DNA of 64,000 nucleotides from Leptogorgia sarmentosa (lineage: Eukaryota), in NCBI GenBank assembly GCA_964658305.1, contig OZ210885.1, positions 23,064,001 through 23,128,000 of the forward strand, written 5' to 3'. The position numbers and the translations under genes are program-made. Within the stretch, counting starts at the first letter, position 1; each line of letters begins with the position of its first letter. The notes under the pieces were generated by a model. It was given only the letters and a program-made list of their open reading frames with translations, made no database searches and had not been told where the DNA came from. Positions 1 through 13,301 of the stretch are shown piece after piece.

Positions 1-1747
1 ATATGGTCAACAATACAAAGCGATGCATTCAACAAGGCAAAGAATGTAATTGCTACTTCACCAGTACTGCAGTACTTCAGTTTACAGAAGCCAGTGACAT
101 TGCAAGTTGATGCAAGTGATAACAGTCTTGGGGGAGCACTTCTACAACTGAACGACAAAAACAAACTGCAACCAGTTGCGTTCACATCGTGTACTTTAAC
201 CTCAACAGAAAAACGCTATTCTCAAATTGAAAAGGAGTGTCTCGCGATCTGTAATGCATTTGCAAAGTTTGATCACTGGCTCTATGGTCATCCATGTATA
301 GAAGTGCATACCGACCACAAACCCTTAGAAACTATATTTAAAAAATCCCTCAACAAGGCACCAGCGAGGCTACAGCGTATGTTGCCACGGTTACAAAGAT
401 ACCAATTTAATGTTGTATATAAGAAGGGAACTTCGTTACATATAGCCGATACTCTGTCTAGAGCATCGTTGCCAACACTTTCCACCAATGATATGAGTGG
501 ATTTGACGTTTTCCGGGTGGAAGCTGAGAATGAATATCCAAATCGTCATCCAAATCTTAAGACCGAAACGGAAGTCAACCTACGTAATGCTACACATGCA
601 GATGATACGCTTAAGATGCTATATTTGACAATTCAAAAGGGCTGGCCTAATAATAGGGATGATATAAACGAATGTTTGCGACCATATTGGAATTACAGGG
701 ATGAACTATCGATAAATGATGGTCTCATTTATAAAGGACATCAGACTGTGATACCACCTTCCATGCAATGCGGTATCCTTTAGGAGATACATAAAAACCA
801 CTTCGGTGCTGCATCAAATGTCAGAATGGCGAAACAAGTGCTATTCTGGCCTGGTATGTCTAAAAGTATCAGCGATATGTGCAATTTGTGCGAGCAATGT
901 GCTAAATATCAACACGCTGCTCCTAAAGAACCTATGAAATCATTACCAATACCCAGCCTTCCATGGCAGATAGTTAGTCAAGATATTTTTGAATTAGACC
1001 GAAAGTCCAAACCCCCACCACAACGCAAGGGACGACCCTGGATATATGGAAAGATTATTGATTAAAATAACAGCTCATACATCATACAGACACCACAGAG
1101 AACCATCAGGCGAAATCGAGTGCACATAAGACCGGCAGCTGCCCCCTCTTCACCATTTGTTTCACCAATACTTCGAATAGTCCAAACACCAGTTCCCGAC
1201 CTAAACCCTACAAGCTCACGAACATCGTATGAACGAGTTGATACTCCCACCGATGTTCCCACTGATGTTCCCACTGATGGTCGCATGGATACTCAAATTG
1301 ATGCTCCCCGATCTGTGGAGATGCAAGATGACTTGCCCGAACCAAATACGATAAGTACAGTTGGGTCAAGGCCCAAAAGAAATAAAAGACTACCATCTAG
1401 GTTTAAAGATTACGTTTTGACATAAGCAGTAGAGATAGTAGTATCAAGAGTAGTGTAATAGTATTGGGACGAGACGGTGATTGGACAGCATGGACTGCAT
1501 TGTAGGATAGTGAATTATTTAAGTTCTGCATTTTTTTTCATTTTATGTTAGTAGGTTTTTTTGTTTGGTTTTTTCAAATTTTTTTTGGGGGGGGGAAATG
1601 TTACATCACGTATATAGTATATAGTATTGCGGGCGCGGTAGGTCAACATGGCGACGTTATCCTAGCTATATTATAAATATATCCATTTATTAACTCATAA
1701 CTAGACTCAGATATGCATGATTGAACCGCTCAAGTTATTGTGCAACA
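1..1747 (+). mobile_element. 3' part of a decayed Gypsy/Ty3 LTR retrotransposon (RNase H, integrase remnant, PPT, 3' LTR); runs off the left edge
   Basis: RNase H motifs LQVDAS...YSQIEKE...TDHKPL...ADTLSR (1-783). Integrase HHCC remnant and PWQIVSQDIF are joined directly to the C-terminal RRNRVH motif, so the DDE core is deleted. G-rich PPT at 1587-1598, then TGTTACA...TGCAACA putative LTR at 1599-1747. Confidence 0.88.
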
Positions 1748-1769
1748 ACTACACAAAGGGATAGAAAGT

Positions 1770-2110
1770 ATGTCGGATATCACCAAGGAAAATGTCGATG
1801 AACCTGGAGCATCAAAACCCAGTGATAAACGCAGAAGAATTCCTACTCGAAAAGGTTTTCAGAACACTTTGGTGGCTAAGACATCGGCCTTTAATAAAGA
1901 AACTAAATCTCTACAGAAGGCGATCCGTTTGGTCCATCTAGCATTGAGCGAACCTGAAGTGTCAAAATTAAAGAGTGCTATGGCTCAACAGGAAAGAAAC
2001 ACGAACTTATTTGAGACTAGTTTTAGAGAATTACAAGGTTTGTTTGTTGAAGATAAATGAGATGAAACTGCCGATGTAGAGCCTGTTGTGAGGGAGACGA
2101 GCCAAACTCG
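1770..2110 (+). pseudogene. Isolated BEL/Pao gag N-terminal fragment
   Basis: RRRIPTRKG followed by a coiled-coil, resembling the RVPTERG start of the BEL gag at 45.3 kb. Stop at 2060. Confidence 0.5.
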
Positions 2111-3362
2111 GTGTGCCAATGTTGCAAAAAACGTCAATCTAAAACTCTCTATTATCTCAAGTATAAGTAAGAAGAAGCGTCTCTTTTTGTAAGTAAATAG
2201 GGCTGTTTTAGACTTTTGGGGGTAATGCTGTAACTGTATATAACTGTTTATAGCTTTTTGTTAGAATTTAGCTGTAATGTAATCTCTTTTTTTTAATTTT
2301 TCAATCTTTTTAATCATCTTAAGATAAACGGTACATATGTTAAGTTACAGCAATTGTTCTAAAGGTTATATGTAAAAATAATCCTATTTACAAAAGTACT
2401 TTTAAATCTATTTGTATTAATCTTAGGATAAATTCTATTCTGCTTTGTAAGGCAGTAACTCATTGTCTTCTTCTCAGGTAAAATCTTATTTAAAGGATGT
2501 TCAATATCTGAAATACATTTACTATAAAGTTTTTTATCATTAACTTCTAAAAGTTCACATATATTAATATAGTACGAGATCTCTCTAAAAAAGCCTGCAC
2601 TACAGTCAGGTCAGAATCTGACGCACCATAAATTGAAAGACCATAGGTAAGAATAGGTAAAATCAAGCTGTTGAAAAGCTTGTCTACTTCTTCCTGACGA
2701 GCACCTTCTTTACGCAAAGATCTTATAACATACAAGCATCTATTTGCTTTAAGTAATTTTGCTTTTATATGTTTACTATATTTACAATTTTCTTGAAATA
2801 TCATTCCTAGTACGGAAAGGTCTACGCATTGCAGAATGTTGTAAACAGGTGAAACGACTTGATCAAATCCTTTCTTTCGGAATATCAGTTCTTTGCATTT
2901 TTCTGGATTACAGTCCATATCGTTCTCATGAGACCAAATTAAAAATTGTCCCACTAAATCAGTTCTACATTCATTATTTTTCATCACTGGAACAATTGCG
3001 TTGGAGTCATCCACATACTTGAAGAGAGCAGGTCTGCCATCCAAGTCTAATTCCAAATCGTTCATGAAAACATTGTACAGATACGGTCCGCTGACACTAC
3101 CCTGGTTCACAGATTTCCATTCTCCTTGAAAATTATTGTAAACCACTCGTTGTTGTCGATTTTTCAGAAAACTCAAATACCAATTGATAATGTATGGGTT
3201 TAACGGTAAAGATTTGAGTTTACATGACAACAATTCATGTCTTACACTATCGAATGCTTTGCTAAAATCCATCGTGAAAAATCTAACGACCTATAAATCT
3301 CATGTTGCATACTCAATAGTGCATCTTCACAGCTTCCTCCTTTCCGATAAGCAAACTGACTA

Positions 3363-4110
3363 CCGGGTGGCGCAAAAAAAAGTATAACTGTTTGATTACT
3401 TATAACTCAAAAACCATACGCGGTAGAACCCTAAATGGAGTTTCATTGCATCCATCGACGTCTAACTTAAATTTTGGTATATTCGACAGGCATTTTCGTC
3501 ACAGATTGACTGAGATATGAGAGTTTAAACCTTCACAAATTAGCTAAAAACGGCCTATTAAATATTAATACTGCATTAACAACATATAAAGAGATGTACC
3601 GTGTTCCGGATCGTGTAAAACAAACGTCTATTCGTTAGGAAATGCATGTCCCCGAGCACGAATGCAGCGTCTTGCCCGTGAAATCGTGGAATCGAATCCA
3701 TCTTGAATCATCTGCTGCTCCAGGTTACGGCCGTGCTGCAATAATTGCTTCACGAAGCTCTCTCAAATTGGTTGGTTGTTCATTATGTGGCACATCCCAA
3801 ATGTTATGTTTAAGGTAGCCCAGCAAACAAAACAGCAAACAAAAACGAGAAAGAATCTCTGTTACAAGGAAGATGAAATTTGCACTTCAGCTACGTTTGT
3901 GAAAATAGTGACGGGGTTATAAAATCAGTTTAATAGGCCGTTTTTAGCTAATTTGTGACCGTTTGAAAACTGTTCACAAAAGTTTAAACTGTCATATCTC
4001 AGTTAATCTTGGACGAAAATGCCTGTCGAATATACTAAAATTTAAGTTAGTGTTTATGGTTTCGGAGCTATAAGTAATCAAACAGTTGTACTTTTTTTTG
4101 CGCCACTCGG
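3363..4110. mobile_element. Non-autonomous Tc1/mariner-type element (family A) with TA TSD
   Basis: TIRs CCGGGTGGCGCAAAAAAAAGTATAACTGTTTGATTAC / matching reverse complement. TA at 3361-3362 and 4111-4112. Internal minus-strand transposase C-terminal remnant GYLKHNIW...LRELREAI at about 3645-3822. Confidence 0.92.
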
Positions 4111-5972
4111 TAGGACTTAAAAATTGTTCAACAGGGACACGAGTATGTATATTATACACAGATTTCTCGAAAGCGTGTGCAATCACTGGTGTTATGTTAA
4201 TCCCTCGATATTCAGTTTTGTCTTTTGGCATATCAACTTTAGGCAGTGGATTAACGTTTGCTCTTTTCCACGATGAAGGCCAAGTACTAAGTCTTAAGGA
4301 TAGATTCCAGATTTTATGGATAATAGGTGTCATTATTTCCGCATGTTCCTTCCATACCCAGTATGGTATTAAGTCTGGACCAGTAGCTGTTTTCTTCAAA
4401 TGCCTTAAATTGTTCCACATTTGTATTTCTGAGATCTCAGGAGCATTCACATCCTCACAAATTTCCATAGGAGTCGGCTCCACATACGAGGTATCTAGGC
4501 ACAGATTAGCAAAGTAATCGATCAATTCCATAAGTGAATTTCTATCGAGATTTACATTAGCTGATGTCCGTCGACGTTGTGAGATGTAATCCACATTTTT
4601 CCACCATTCGCCTGATCCAATGGGAACACGTAAAAGTGATCCTTTATTTTGGCTAATAATTTCCGATATTCTCCTATTAATTTCACCAATTCGATTTACA
4701 TTCCTAGATGGTATTCTTGACTTTATTCTCATTAAAGATTTTATTAGTGGCGTCATCGATACTGGGTCACGCGATGACATTCGAACCGTTTTAAATGGCA
4801 TACACTTATCCATATGCATATGAAACGTCCTTTCTAGCTCATTCACTGCAAAATGAACATTAGGTGCATTTAAGATGGTATCCCATTTTTCTTCAGCCAG
4901 CCATGGCTCAGCCATTTTTTCGGTGTTTTCTGCAATCCCGAATACGGACACGTTTCCGAACCGGCTTCAGTTTAACTCCTACTGGGAGGATGACAGCCGT
5001 ATGATCAGTTTTTATTGAGATGTTATACGGGACGCATTTTCCAAACAAATCCGATCGATTTGTAAGTACATTGTCTAAAATTGCCTCACCTCTAGTTACG
5101 AAATCTACAAGGGCTTCCCATCCAGTCATTAGACACAGCTCACTTATTGTTAATTGATTCAAATCTCCTCCAATAACAATAGCCATGCCAGGATGTTTTT
5201 CAAGGGCATTGTCTACCATGTTAATTAAGTATTCCATCAAGTCATTGGATGGGTATGTTGGTCTTGGCGGATGGTAAATACCGCACACAAGGAGCATATG
5301 CCCTGAAGGCAATCTCAAAGTTAAACATATTAACTCGCAAAGTTCCGACTTGTAGATATCCACAACATCCAGGCTCTCTCTCACATATATAGCAATTCCC
5401 CCTTTGACTCTCAAGTCCCTGCCAGAATAATCTCTATCCCGTCTAAAAATGTTATAATTAGATATACACACTACACTGTCCGGGATGCTTGCTTTGAGAT
5501 GTGTTTCCGGTACAATGCATATGTCAATATCATTCCCATTTATGTCCAACTCCAGAGCGACAGCCGCTCTAACACGATTTTTAGTTTTTACTAGGCTGCA
5601 AATATTCATGAATAGGAATTTAGGCACAGCAAAATCTGAGATTAAATTATGTTTATTAGGCAACGCATTCCTAACAATAGAAATCAGATTCTCTCTACAT
5701 ATACCTCTTAAAGGGCGACATGTTTTTCTGTTACAAACACGATTCAGTATGGTAATTGATTGCCCTCTGTTCAAGATTTCATAGCGTCTCTTTCCTGCTC
5801 GTGATCCTCGATATCTAAATAGTCTAAATCCCTTTAAGCGATCAATAACCACGCTGTCTGGTTTCAATGCGAAGGATTTAAGATCAAACAAATCCTTTCT
5901 AGTATACTTTATAGACTTCTGCATACGACCTACCTCGCTATTCCATTCTTCTCCTGGGTTTTCCTCGATATA

Positions 5973-5995
5973 TGGGCCGGGTTAGATTCAACGTC
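5973..5995 (-). other. 2A-like (StopGo) peptide motif DVESNP(G)P, broken by a 1-nt deletion
   Basis: Minus strand reads GAC GTT GAA TCT AAC CC- GGC CCA. Restoring one base gives DVESNPGP in frame with the APE ORF. Confidence 0.75.
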
Positions 5996-7418
5996 CATAC
6001 AAATACAAATATCCATCAAGATTAAATGTTGTCTGGGTGCTATAAGCAGATAACCATGCTTCGTCCATATCAATATTGGCTTTCGTAATAAACTTTGGCG
6101 TGAGAATTGTCTTGAATTTCGCACTTTGTAAATGAAATTGTTATCCAAGAAGACCTTCCCGACTTTAGTACGGGGTTTGTAACTTAAGAAGTATAGATTA
6201 TATAAGTAAATTAAAGTTATGAAGTACAAAAGACACAAACACCTATCAGTGGCGGCCATCTTGGCGCCCACAGTCGTTAATAAAAATAAAGTTTTCACTT
6301 ATATAATTTTCAGCCCGTGATATGCACACGTCACGGCATCATATTATGCCAGGTCGCAAAATCGTGATACGAAACAAAATACTCCGCCAACAAAGGTGAC
6401 AGGGGGATTCCCTTACTTATTTGTACAAATTAGCATATGTCAGAAATATTTAGTCAAGAATGGGTAATGAGCATATTAAAATGCTCTGATTTTGTCATAC
6501 CTAATACTAAGTCACTATATCTACAAACCAAATAAATAATTTAGTTGCATGATTGCACCTCCACGAGACTTAATTTATTTACGTACCAAATCAATTGAAT
6601 GATTTACATATGGTTTCCGGTGTTGTCAACAAGTGAGCGGTCGATTATATGACTGATAATATGGTTGTCGCTACCTTTGATACTATCTGATTGGTCGACA
6701 TTCTCTTAATAATCCCCGGTGACAATTTCCACAATTAAATACTTATGTAAGCTATGCAAAATTATGTCTCAATTAAATACTTTTTGTTCCTATAGCTACT
6801 TTGCGGGCGTAAGCATTTAACTATACTAAAATAAACTTCATGCGATCGGATATGAGAATTATTTACCGTTTTTAGAATCAAATAAAGTTGTCATCTCTAA
6901 TATTTTGAACCTTGGTATCTAAAATTATTCTGGTCTCCAAAAGTAAATGCGCAATAATCTAACCTGCATGAGGATTCGTAAAATATATAAAGCATAATAT
7001 ATTGATGTACACAATAGCATGCAAAGCTGCGTACCTTCTCACATTGTTGGAAGACATTGTCCAGCTTGAAATCTCAGTATTCGGATATAATGAAGTTTTT
7101 AACCACAGCTTTAGTATGTGTGTGTCTTAGTGTGTGGCTATGGCAGACGCATTTAGACGGATATGAATATCGACAATCTCATATGCATGTCAATTATGTT
7201 AACTAATATATTGGCCAATCAAAGCATCCGGATATCTACGATTTGATTGGTCAATCGCTAGTTAACATACTTCGTATAATATATTTAACTTTAATCCACA
7301 AACCCAGCTTTATAGCGGATATTGGGTACTTAAAGAATTATATCCGTGATCAAACTGTTATTGTTAACACTTGTTATGAGCCCGTTATGTAAATATTGTA
7401 AATAGTGTGAACCAGTAT

Positions 7419-8026
7419 GGTAATCATTTCAGCTTTTGTATAAATATGGCTGAGGATTTGGCAAGTCGTTGTTAATATTGTGTACAGAATAAAAGAGTGA
7501 CCTAACAAACGTTGTTTTGGGATAATATTCCGTCAGGCCCAGCCGGGGCATAACAAATTGGCGACCCCACCAGGATAAAGAAAAAAACCTAGGCAAACCC
7601 CGACAAAGAAAAAGCATGGAGGACGAAATAAACAGGCAGCTCGGCGGCTTGAGTGCCAGTGGCGATGTTAATAGCAGCGATTTATTAGCATCGAATGAAG
7701 AAGAGAACTGCTTGTTGTTGGGTAATCATTTCAGCTTTTGTATAAATATGGCTGAGGATTTGGCAAGTCGTTGTTAATATTGTGTACAGAATAAAAGAGT
7801 GACCTAACAAACGTTGTTTTGGGATAATATTCCGTCAGGCCCAGCCGGGGCATAACAAATTGGCGACCCCACCAGGATAAAGAAAAAAACCTAGGCAAAC
7901 CCCGACAAAGAAAAAGCATGGAGGACGAAATAAACAGGCAGCTCGGCGGCTTGAGTGCCAGTGGCGATGTTAATAGCAGCGATTTATTAGCATCGAATGA
8001 AGAAGAGAACTGCTTGTTGTTGGGTA
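7419..8026 (+). repeat. 302-bp direct tandem duplication covering LTR 3' half, PBS and gag start
   Basis: 7419-7720 is repeated at 7721-8022, with GGTA microhomology at the junction. Identical antisense ORFs lie 302 bp apart. Confidence 0.95.
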
Positions 8027-9387
8027 CAATCTGTCAGAAGTTTGATGAGCAGTTGCAGCTATTACAAGAGCAAAAGTCGGCATATACCATCGAGACTGAA
8101 CGGGCGGATAAACATCGGTTGAGGGTGGAAAATCTTGTGAGTCAATTGATGGACAGAGTATCACACACAGAAGCCGAAGTAAAAGCATTACGCGAAGAAA
8201 CCTCGGAACTCGAAAAGCGAATAGGCACTATAGAGGGAAGAGCAGAAGTTTGGGACTCTGCAACTGTCGGACTCGAGGATGTTCAAGCGGGATTAATCGC
8301 TGAAATGTATATGCAGCTTCAAGCAAAATTCCAATGCAAGTTAGATTCAATGGAAAAGCAGTTAACCGAGCAGAAAAGTGAGCTGAAAAAATTAAGGACA
8401 CAACGACAGACGCGATTCGAAAGGCCGAGTTCCATTAAATTTGCTTCTAGTCCTATTGATTTTCCGAATGAATTCAAGACGGAATCTACACCAGCACCGA
8501 ATAAAGTTAAACAAAATTATCCGGATCGTGGAAATATCGGATTATTGCCAACTCTAGATAGCACTGAAAGTGCAAGACCCATTCAACGACCAGTGGCCTA
8601 TAATGGTGAATCCCTATGGGAGTCATACCATGCACAGTTTGAGATCACATCCCAACTGAATGGCTGGACAGATTTACAGAAAGCCGCATATCTGGCTACA
8701 AGTCTCAAAGGTCCGGCGCTGAATGTATTGGGTAATTTACCACCTGAACGGTGTTCGATTCAAGCATCGGGTGAAACAAAAGGACGAAAGCCTTGCAGCT
8801 TTGGCAGAAGATTTAGAGCGTTTGGGACGGCTTGCATATCCTGAAGCCCCTCCAGATTTACAGAATGTTCTAAGTCGTGATCAATTCGTGGATGCTCTGC
8901 CAGATGAAGATATGCGTCTTCGCTTAAAGCAAGAAAAGCCAAAAAGTCTTCGGCGAGCGTTAGAATTGGCGTTGGAGCTCGAGTCATTCCAACTGGCCAG
9001 CCGTCAGAGACAATTCAGAACAGTCCGAGGAGCAAAAACCAACTTTGACAAGCGTGAAAATGATGGCCGCAGACCTGATAATCCCGCTGGGTCAGTCGAA
9101 TCGGTTTCGACTCATGAAATGTTGCAACGGCTTGACAATGTGATGCGAGAGTGCATGGATGGAGTCATGAAGTTGATGGGAAACCGAAAGGGAGGTGACA
9201 ATTCTAGACCAAGAGGACCCGGATGTTGGAGGTGTGGCAAGCCAGGGCATCTTAGGAGAAACTGTACTGTACCATCCCCTACAAGGAGGGAAGAAAAACC
9301 TGATCTAAAACAAGGTTCTGGGAACCAAAGCAAGACGTCGTCGTCAACAACAGCAGAGAATGTCGGAAATAAGCAGGAAACAGGTTC

Positions 9388-9456
9388 GGGAAACCTGTCG
9401 AAGCTGGGGTCGAGGGGCTGACGTCAGCAACAGAAGAGAGTAACAACGCCCCATCG
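9388..9456 (+). promoter_or_regulatory. Putative -1 ribosomal frameshift signal between gag and pol
   Basis: G GGA AAC heptamer in gag phase at 9388-9394. The -1 frame is open up to the degraded protease active site. A GC-rich stem follows. Confidence 0.65.
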
Positions 9457-12400
9457 TGTATTTTTAAGACAGGAACAATTTCAACTAGTGGAGACAGTCT
9501 TTATATCGAAGGAAAGATTGGAAGTACTTTGTGCCAGTGTATAATCGTCACATGATCAAACATAACTATTGTACGTCCTGATGTGTTGAAGCAAACGACA
9601 GTAGAAGTAGAAAGGTGTCCAGCAGGAAGCTGCTTGAAGACAGTGACTGGTGAAACTGCGCCTGTCATTGGTCGTGCAAAGATGAATATACAGATTGGTC
9701 CTGTTGAAACGAGTCAAGAGGTATGGTTAGCCGAAATTGTGGATTGGTGTATCATAGGAATGGATTTCCTGGTTAAACACAGTTGTCGTGTAGATATACC
9801 TGGAGCTACCTTGGAGGTTGCTGAACAGTCTATTCCACTACTACAAACTTCGGATAAAGACCACGTACGTTGTTGTCGCATAGTTGCCTCTGAAAGCGTT
9901 GAGATCCCACCGATGAGCGAAGCTGTGATACTAGGAACTCTTAAGGGAAAGGTTGCGTCGGCATGGGGAAGCGTGGAATCGCCGGAAAAAAAGAAACCGC
10001 CCCATGAGCTCCTTGTAGCTGGAACGTTGGTGAATGTGAAGAGTTCGCAGAGTCTGCCGATTAGACTGATGAATCTGTCAGAACGTACGCGACGCATCCA
10101 AAAAGGGAACTACATAGCCAATTTCAAGCCTGTCGAGTGTGCCTTTGAACAAAGAAGTTCTGGAACTGCAGGAAAGGACAAGAATTTGGCGGAGACATGC
10201 ATTCCTGAGCATTTGGTAGAACTGTACGAGAGTAGCGCAGAATATTTGGACCCAAGTCAGCATGACCAGTTAAAGAAATTATTAGTGGAGTTCCAGGACG
10301 TATTCTCAAAGAACAAAAGTGACTTGGGACGGACAGGGATAACAAAGTATACCATCGATGTGGGCGATAGCAGTCCTATTCAACAACCAATGAGAGTACT
10401 GCCGTTAGCCAAACGAGAAGAAGCAACGAAAGCAGTTCAGGAAATGAGAGACCAGTGCGTAATTGAACCATCATGCAGTCCTTGGGTTTCCCCCGTGGTC
10501 TTAGTCAAAAAGGATCGAAGCACCAGATTCTGTGTGGACTATCGGAAGTTAAATGCAGTTACCAAGAAAGATTCCTACCCCCTTCCACGAATTGACACCT
10601 CCTTGCATTCCTTTTGGGGATCTACATGGTTCTCAACCATCGATTTAAAGAGCGGCTATTGGCAAGTGGAGATGAACGACGCAGACAAGGAAAAGACAGC
10701 ATTTACAACAGGAGAAGGCTTATGGCAGTTCGTAGTAATGCCCTTTGGATTGACAAACGCGCCCGCTACATTTGAACGTCTAATGGAGCAAGTACTGGCC
10801 GTACTACCTTGGACTATTTGCCTAGTATATCTGGATGATATAATTGTCCATGCATCGTCTTTTGCTGATGAGCTTGATCGTCTTCAAGAGGTTTTTACTC
10901 GATTAAGGAGCGCTAATCTGAAAATGAATCCTAAGAAATGTCGATTATTCCAGCGAAGTGTTATTTACCTTGGTTACGTGATCGGACAAGACGGAATACA
11001 AACTGATCCAAGTAAAGTTCAGGCAGTAAAGGAGTGGCCGAGACCAGAAAGTGTGGCAGAGGTACGAAGTTTTCTCGGGCTTTGCTCCTATTATCGAAGG
11101 TTCGTGAAGAACTTTGCTGCAATCGCAAGTCCACTGAATAAATTGCTGTCAAAAGGGGAAGCGTTCGAATGGACCCACGAGTGCCAAGCAGCTTTTGAAA
11201 TGTTGAAGGACTGTTTGATCACCGCACCAGTTCTTACCTACCCTTGCCCGGAAGAAGACTATATATTAGACACAGATGCGTCCAACTACGGAATAGGGGC
11301 TGTGCTGCATTCCGCAAAAGCAGAATGGGGTGGAAAGAGTCATAGGACACTTTAGCAGAACATTAAACAAAGCGGAGAGAAATTACTGCGTTACTCACAA
11401 AGAACTCCTTGCTGTCGTGGCCGCAGTTGAACATTTTAATTATTTCCTCTATGGACACCGGTTTATTATTAGGACTGATCACTCCGCTCTGCAGTGGCTA
11501 ACGAACTTTAAAAACATTGAAGGGCAACTGGCACGTTGGATGGAGAAACTGCGGTTATATGACTTTACAATCGTATACCGACCTGGGAATAGGCACGGGA
11601 ATGCGGACGCATTGTCACGGAGACTGTGTGTGGTTGATGAATGTGCTTATTGCCTTCGACGAGAGAATAAAGGTGACGAGAGAAACAATGAAGCCTTAGA
11701 GCCAAAGCAAGTTTTTAGATTTATAAGTGGCTACATGAAAGCTCAATCCGACCTGATTGGTGTGTGGTCGCGCCATATGGCAAAATGACCAAAGTTTTGT
11801 GGGCACAATGGGACAGCTTGCGTATTCGAGAGGGATGTCTATATAGAGAATGGGAAGAGGTGTCTTCAAAGAAAAACAGATATCAGCTGATTATTCCTCC
11901 GTCGCTGCAAAACGAAATATTGGCACAATTGCATGGAAGCAAAACTGTTGGGCATTTTGGTATAAAGAAGACTCTGAACCGAGTAAAGGAGAGATTCTAC
12001 TGGCCCCAATGTAGGACCAGTGTTAAGCAGTGGTGTGAAAGTTGTGATCTCTGTTCCTCGAAGAAAGGACCTTGCAAGAAACCGAAGGCACCCTTACAGC
12101 TGTATGGAGTTGGCGCCCCAATGGAACGCATCGCAATCGACATCATGGGACCATTTCCAATGTCCAAGCATGGTAATAAGTATCTATTGGTCGCGATGGA
12201 TTACTTCACCAAGTGGCCTGAGGCATATCCATTACCAGACCAAGAAGCAAAGACCGTGGCCAAAGTTTTAGTTTGTGAGTTCTTCTGCAGATTTGGGACA
12301 CCCCTTGAGTTGCATTCTGATCAAGGTCGAAACTTCGAGTCCATGTTGATCAAAGAAGTTTGTGAATTGTTAGACATAAAGAAAACAAGAACCACTCCCT

Positions 12401-13054
12401 ACCACCCACAATCGGATGGAATGGTGGAACGTCATAACCGAACATTGGCCACCCAGTTATCAATGTTTGTGAATGAAAATCACAGTGACTGGGACGAACA
12501 TATACCTATGGTGTTAATGGCCTATAGAACAGCTGTACATGAGTCTACAGGCTCACCCCAGCAATGTTGATGATGGGACACGAAATTCGTATACCGATTG
12601 ATTTGATGTTCGGGACACCACAGAATGAAAGTGGGAAAGAGGAGACTGCGTTCGCACAAGAATTGAGTGAAAGTCTTGAACGAGCTCATCATTTTGCTAG
12701 AAATAGGCTCCAGATTACAGGTGAACAGATGAACAGTATGACACTGACTCTTCAAAAGTGGGTTTTAAAGAGGGTGATAGCGTATGGCTTTACTGTCCAC
12801 AGAGAAAGAAGGGACTTTCGCCGAAGTTACAAAAGCCCTGGAAGGGACCATATACAGTCGTCAAGAGAATCAACGATTTGGTATACAAAGTACAAGCCGG
12901 GCTGCGTTGTAAATCTATTAAATTTGACGCTCAAATTTTCAGTTGTTATCATCACTCTGACTATTAATATTGATACCAAAATAATGATAAATAACAGATT
13001 TGAGCTATTTTTTAATTGATCGAATGATCGATATTTATGTATTTATATATATTT

Positions 13055-13282
13055 GCACTGGACAACCTTTTTGGGATCGATGTCGGCATGTTGAAACGTC
13101 GCCATTGAGTGGGCAGTTGTCTTTTTTTCGGCAGTTGCAAATGGTTTTGGTCTCGGTTGTATTGTGTTTCTCTGCTTCTTTCTTCAGGACAGATTTATTG
13201 TGTGACGCGATGATGTTTTGGACATTTGGCATGCAACTTAACTTAATTTTAATGTATTGCAGTTAAAAATGTTGTTTAGAGG
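13055..13282 (-). mobile_element. Penelope-like element fragment (linker / start of GIY-YIG region)
   Basis: MPNVQNIIASHNK...CNCRKKDNCPLNG. Inverted near-copy of 14330-14500. Confidence 0.85.
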
Positions 13283-13301
13283 ATTTAAATTTTAGAGGAA
13301 T

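Larger units (their letters stand above)
2390..6275 (-). mobile_element. Decayed APE/RT non-LTR retrotransposon (CR1/L2 group), near full length, interrupted by a MITE
   Basis: APE endonuclease 4908-5924 (ETHL, GGIAIY, GDLN, LDNVLTN, TDH). RT 4113-4951 and 2547-3360 (ATGPD, YRGINIT, QFAYR, DFSKAFD, QGS, KYVDD). Removing the MITE restores LSPSQFAYR. Leader ORF starts at ATG 6259. Confidence 0.92.
7372..12910 (+). mobile_element. Decayed Gypsy/Ty3 LTR retrotransposon: 5' LTR, PBS, gag, pro, RT, RH, INT; 3' LTR missing
   Basis: LTR TGTTATG...CATAACA at 7372-7555, then PBS-like TGGCGACCCCACCAGGA. Gag 7918-9421 with CWRCGKPGHLRRNC knuckle. RT (FCVDYRKLN, MPFGL, YLDD), RH (DTDAS, TDH), INT (GHFG, IDIMGP, HSDQG, SDGMVER, WKGPY). 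Several frameshifts and stops. Confidence 0.96.

Noticed and set aside
1246..1280. 12-bp repeat x3 (PTDV)
   Set aside because: Ordinary low-complexity tail of the Gypsy integrase.
7208..7256. Hairpin TTGGCCAATCAAA...TTTGATTGGTCAA
   Set aside because: Short inverted CCAAT pair with no boundaries or partner. Function cannot be supported.
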